DNA of 64,000 nt from Octopus vulgaris (taxonomy: Eukaryota), in assembly GCA_951406725.2 (NCBI GenBank), contig OX597828.1, positions 40,052,001 to 40,116,000 on the forward strand. Reading direction: 5' to 3'. A program made the position numbers and the translations under genes. This document shows, one piece after another, positions 61,736 through 64,000 of the stretch. How positions within the stretch are numbered: position 1 is the first letter of the stretch; every line of letters starts with the position of its first letter. The notes below the pieces were generated by a model. That model had not been told where the DNA came from, ran no database searches, and worked only from the letters and a program-made list of their open reading frames with translations.

Positions 61736-63817
61736 TAGTACTGATAACTTGAGAAAGATGGTAAAGTGCCTGAAGGGTGGCATTGGTGATAATTTATCTG
61801 GACAGTGGTACTCTATGGTAGTGAGACCTGAGAATGGTGGTAATATATTTAGATTGTAGTACATTTTGGTAATGACAACAAGGATTGGTTATGGAGTGTC
61901 TGAAGTGTATTACAGCATTGTATTGAATGCAGAATGTTAATGTGGTACTGTATGGCAATGAAGTAGTATGTCTGAATTGTGATATTGTCTGATAGGAAGT
62001 GTTGGTAGCACTGTGTTGTATGATTCAGAGATGTTTTTTTTTTTTTTGCTGTTTAACCCCAAATTAACCCAAATGAAAAGACTTACGACCACAAACAGTA
62101 TAGTTGAGATCATCATCGTTTCAGAAGGATGTCACAAACTGTACTGTTTGACGTATCCTTTCCTTATTTATGACATCACAGTTTGTCTGAGAGAGACTTA
62201 GCTGTTGTTTCTAGCAGATCATATAATCACACAGAGGAATCCCTCATTGGCTTGTAATGGCATAGAGGCAGTTTGGAAATGTCACAGTCCAACATTATCT
62301 TTAAGAGGTTGGAGAAATGGAATTAAGTGTCTTGAGATCCTAAAATCAAGTTGCCACGTAAGAACCAGTGGTATGGGTGCTGGTGCCACATAAAAACCAT
62401 CCAGTACGCTCTATGGAGTGATTGGTGTTAAGACCATAGAAAGGTATCCAGCCAGTTCCTGTCAAGCCATCCAACCCATGCCAGACTGGAAAATGGACAT
62501 TAAATGTCGATGACGATGATGATGATGATATTTAAATTAACAGAAAAGAGACGAGCAGATAATGAAAAATAAGGAGAGTTGCACAGAGAAATAATTCTTC
62601 AGCTCACTTCTGCATAAATATAGAAACAATTTTAAGGAACAAGAAATGTGATCTTCCACATTAACAAATATACCATATAAGAAGAGAATGAACTAATTAC
62701 AAAGAAAAACTTGCTTAATTCACACAGAAATGAGAACTAATTACTAAGTAGGACCTTATTAATTCACGTCAATGTGAACTAGATCACATAAATGATTTGA
62801 TTTGTATTAGCAAATTACATCATAAATACATCAGACTATAATATCATAGATGGAAGCTTTGGACTTCAAACAAATTAAGAAATTTATTCTCAGCTACCAT
62901 ATATATTGTAATTATCAATTGTCGTATTGTTTAGCCCTTCTTTTCTTGAATAGACCAATCTAGAAGACCCATAAATGGAGCTCTACTGTGACCAGCCTAT
63001 CTTTTTCACTTTTGTTTGTAGACCTAGTTTATGCTACAATGTCTCCTTTATTTAATACTTTTGGGTGGAATTAGAGGGAGATTTGGGTGCTATTTTTAGT
63101 AAGCTGGTAATCCATGCAGTGGCTCCATTACTGGATCAGTGTGTTGTTAGAGATTGCAATAGTAGTGATGGTGAAGTTTAATTCCAGGCCAGCTTTGATC
63201 CAGCACACTTAAGATTAAAAGAATTCCAGTTGTAATTATTTCATCTTGTTTTTCAAACCTAATGTATCTCAGACCACCTTATCCAATGTGCCCTTCTGTT
63301 TTTTTTTTAGACACAATAGGGCAGGGTGACCTGAAAGAGAGAGAGTAATTTGGTAGCTATTCTTTCTAGCAGATTCAGTAACTGCATATAGTACCTCTTG
63401 GTTTGATTAACCAATAAAATTGTCATGCCACTGGCACAGATTAAATAGGTTATCCATCTCCAGCTGTAGAGATAACAATAACACTTTCACATCTAATAAT
63501 TCCAAATGGAATCAGTTTATACTAATACCAAAACTATTTCTGAACATATGTTGTGTCAAGGTATGAAATGACAAATGCTTTGGAAAGGAAATGCTGTGTC
63601 TAATATGTTAGCTTCAATTTTGCACCTGAATACACATTTCTGCTCTTTTTATATCCATTTTTATCCATACTGGTACTGATAACTTCTAGCGGACTGTTTT
63701 TTTTGTTTTTTTTTAGACTAAAATACTTAAATCACAATAAACTATTATTTTCAATAAAGCACTTTTATCAATTTCATTTTTTTTATCTGTGTAGATAAAT
63801 TCAAAATTTAATAATAG

Positions 63818-64000
63818 TGTCGGTGGCACGTAAAAAGCACCATCCGAATCGTAGCCGAAGCCAGTGCCGCCTCGACTGGCTTCCATAAAATGCACCATCC
63901 GAATTGTGGCTGATGCCAGCGCCGCCTCGACTGGCTTCCGTGTCGGTGGCACGTAAAAAGCACCATCCGAATCGTAGCTGAAGCCAGTGCTGCCTCGACT
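63818..64000 (+). repeat. Tandem roughly 55-68-bp modules of the family C / RTE 3' UTR, running off the window edge
   Basis: GGTGGCACGTAAAAAGCACCATCCGAA..GCCAGTGCCGCCTCGACTGGCTTCC x3. Confidence 0.85.

Noticed and set aside
63818-64000. Repeat-spacer-like array at the window end
   Set aside because: Tandem modules of the family C / RTE 3' UTR seen elsewhere in the window

Overview
AT-rich, repeat-saturated animal DNA, most likely from an octopus or other coleoid cephalopod (inferred from the SINE families and microsatellite load). It reads as intronic or intergenic, and I cannot support any complete protein-coding gene. Nearly all listed ORFs are microsatellite or SINE artefacts, or transposon remnants. 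The window holds several tRNA-derived SINE families (many copies, nested, some with clear target-site duplications, TSDs), RTE- and CR1-type LINE fragments, mariner and piggyBac transposase relics, hAT, piggyBac, mariner and Tigger-type MITEs, a non-autonomous Helitron, a 25-bp two-variant minisatellite and many microsatellites. The signals most worth following up are: (1) a well-formed recursive-splice-site candidate on the minus strand at about 10.97 kb; (2) four degenerate minimal hammerhead-ribozyme motifs in (TA)n-associated, Penelope-like remnants; (3) a 270-bp near-perfect inverted repeat and a pre-miRNA-like hairpin; (4) an 18-nt microexon candidate beside a SINE-free island from which splice signals appear to diverge; (5) mechanistic retrotransposition footprints, namely a twin-priming inversion, serial insertion at one target site and SINE head/tail swapping. 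Coordinates were read by eye and boundaries of degenerate repeats are approximate. Family letters A-F are my own labels.
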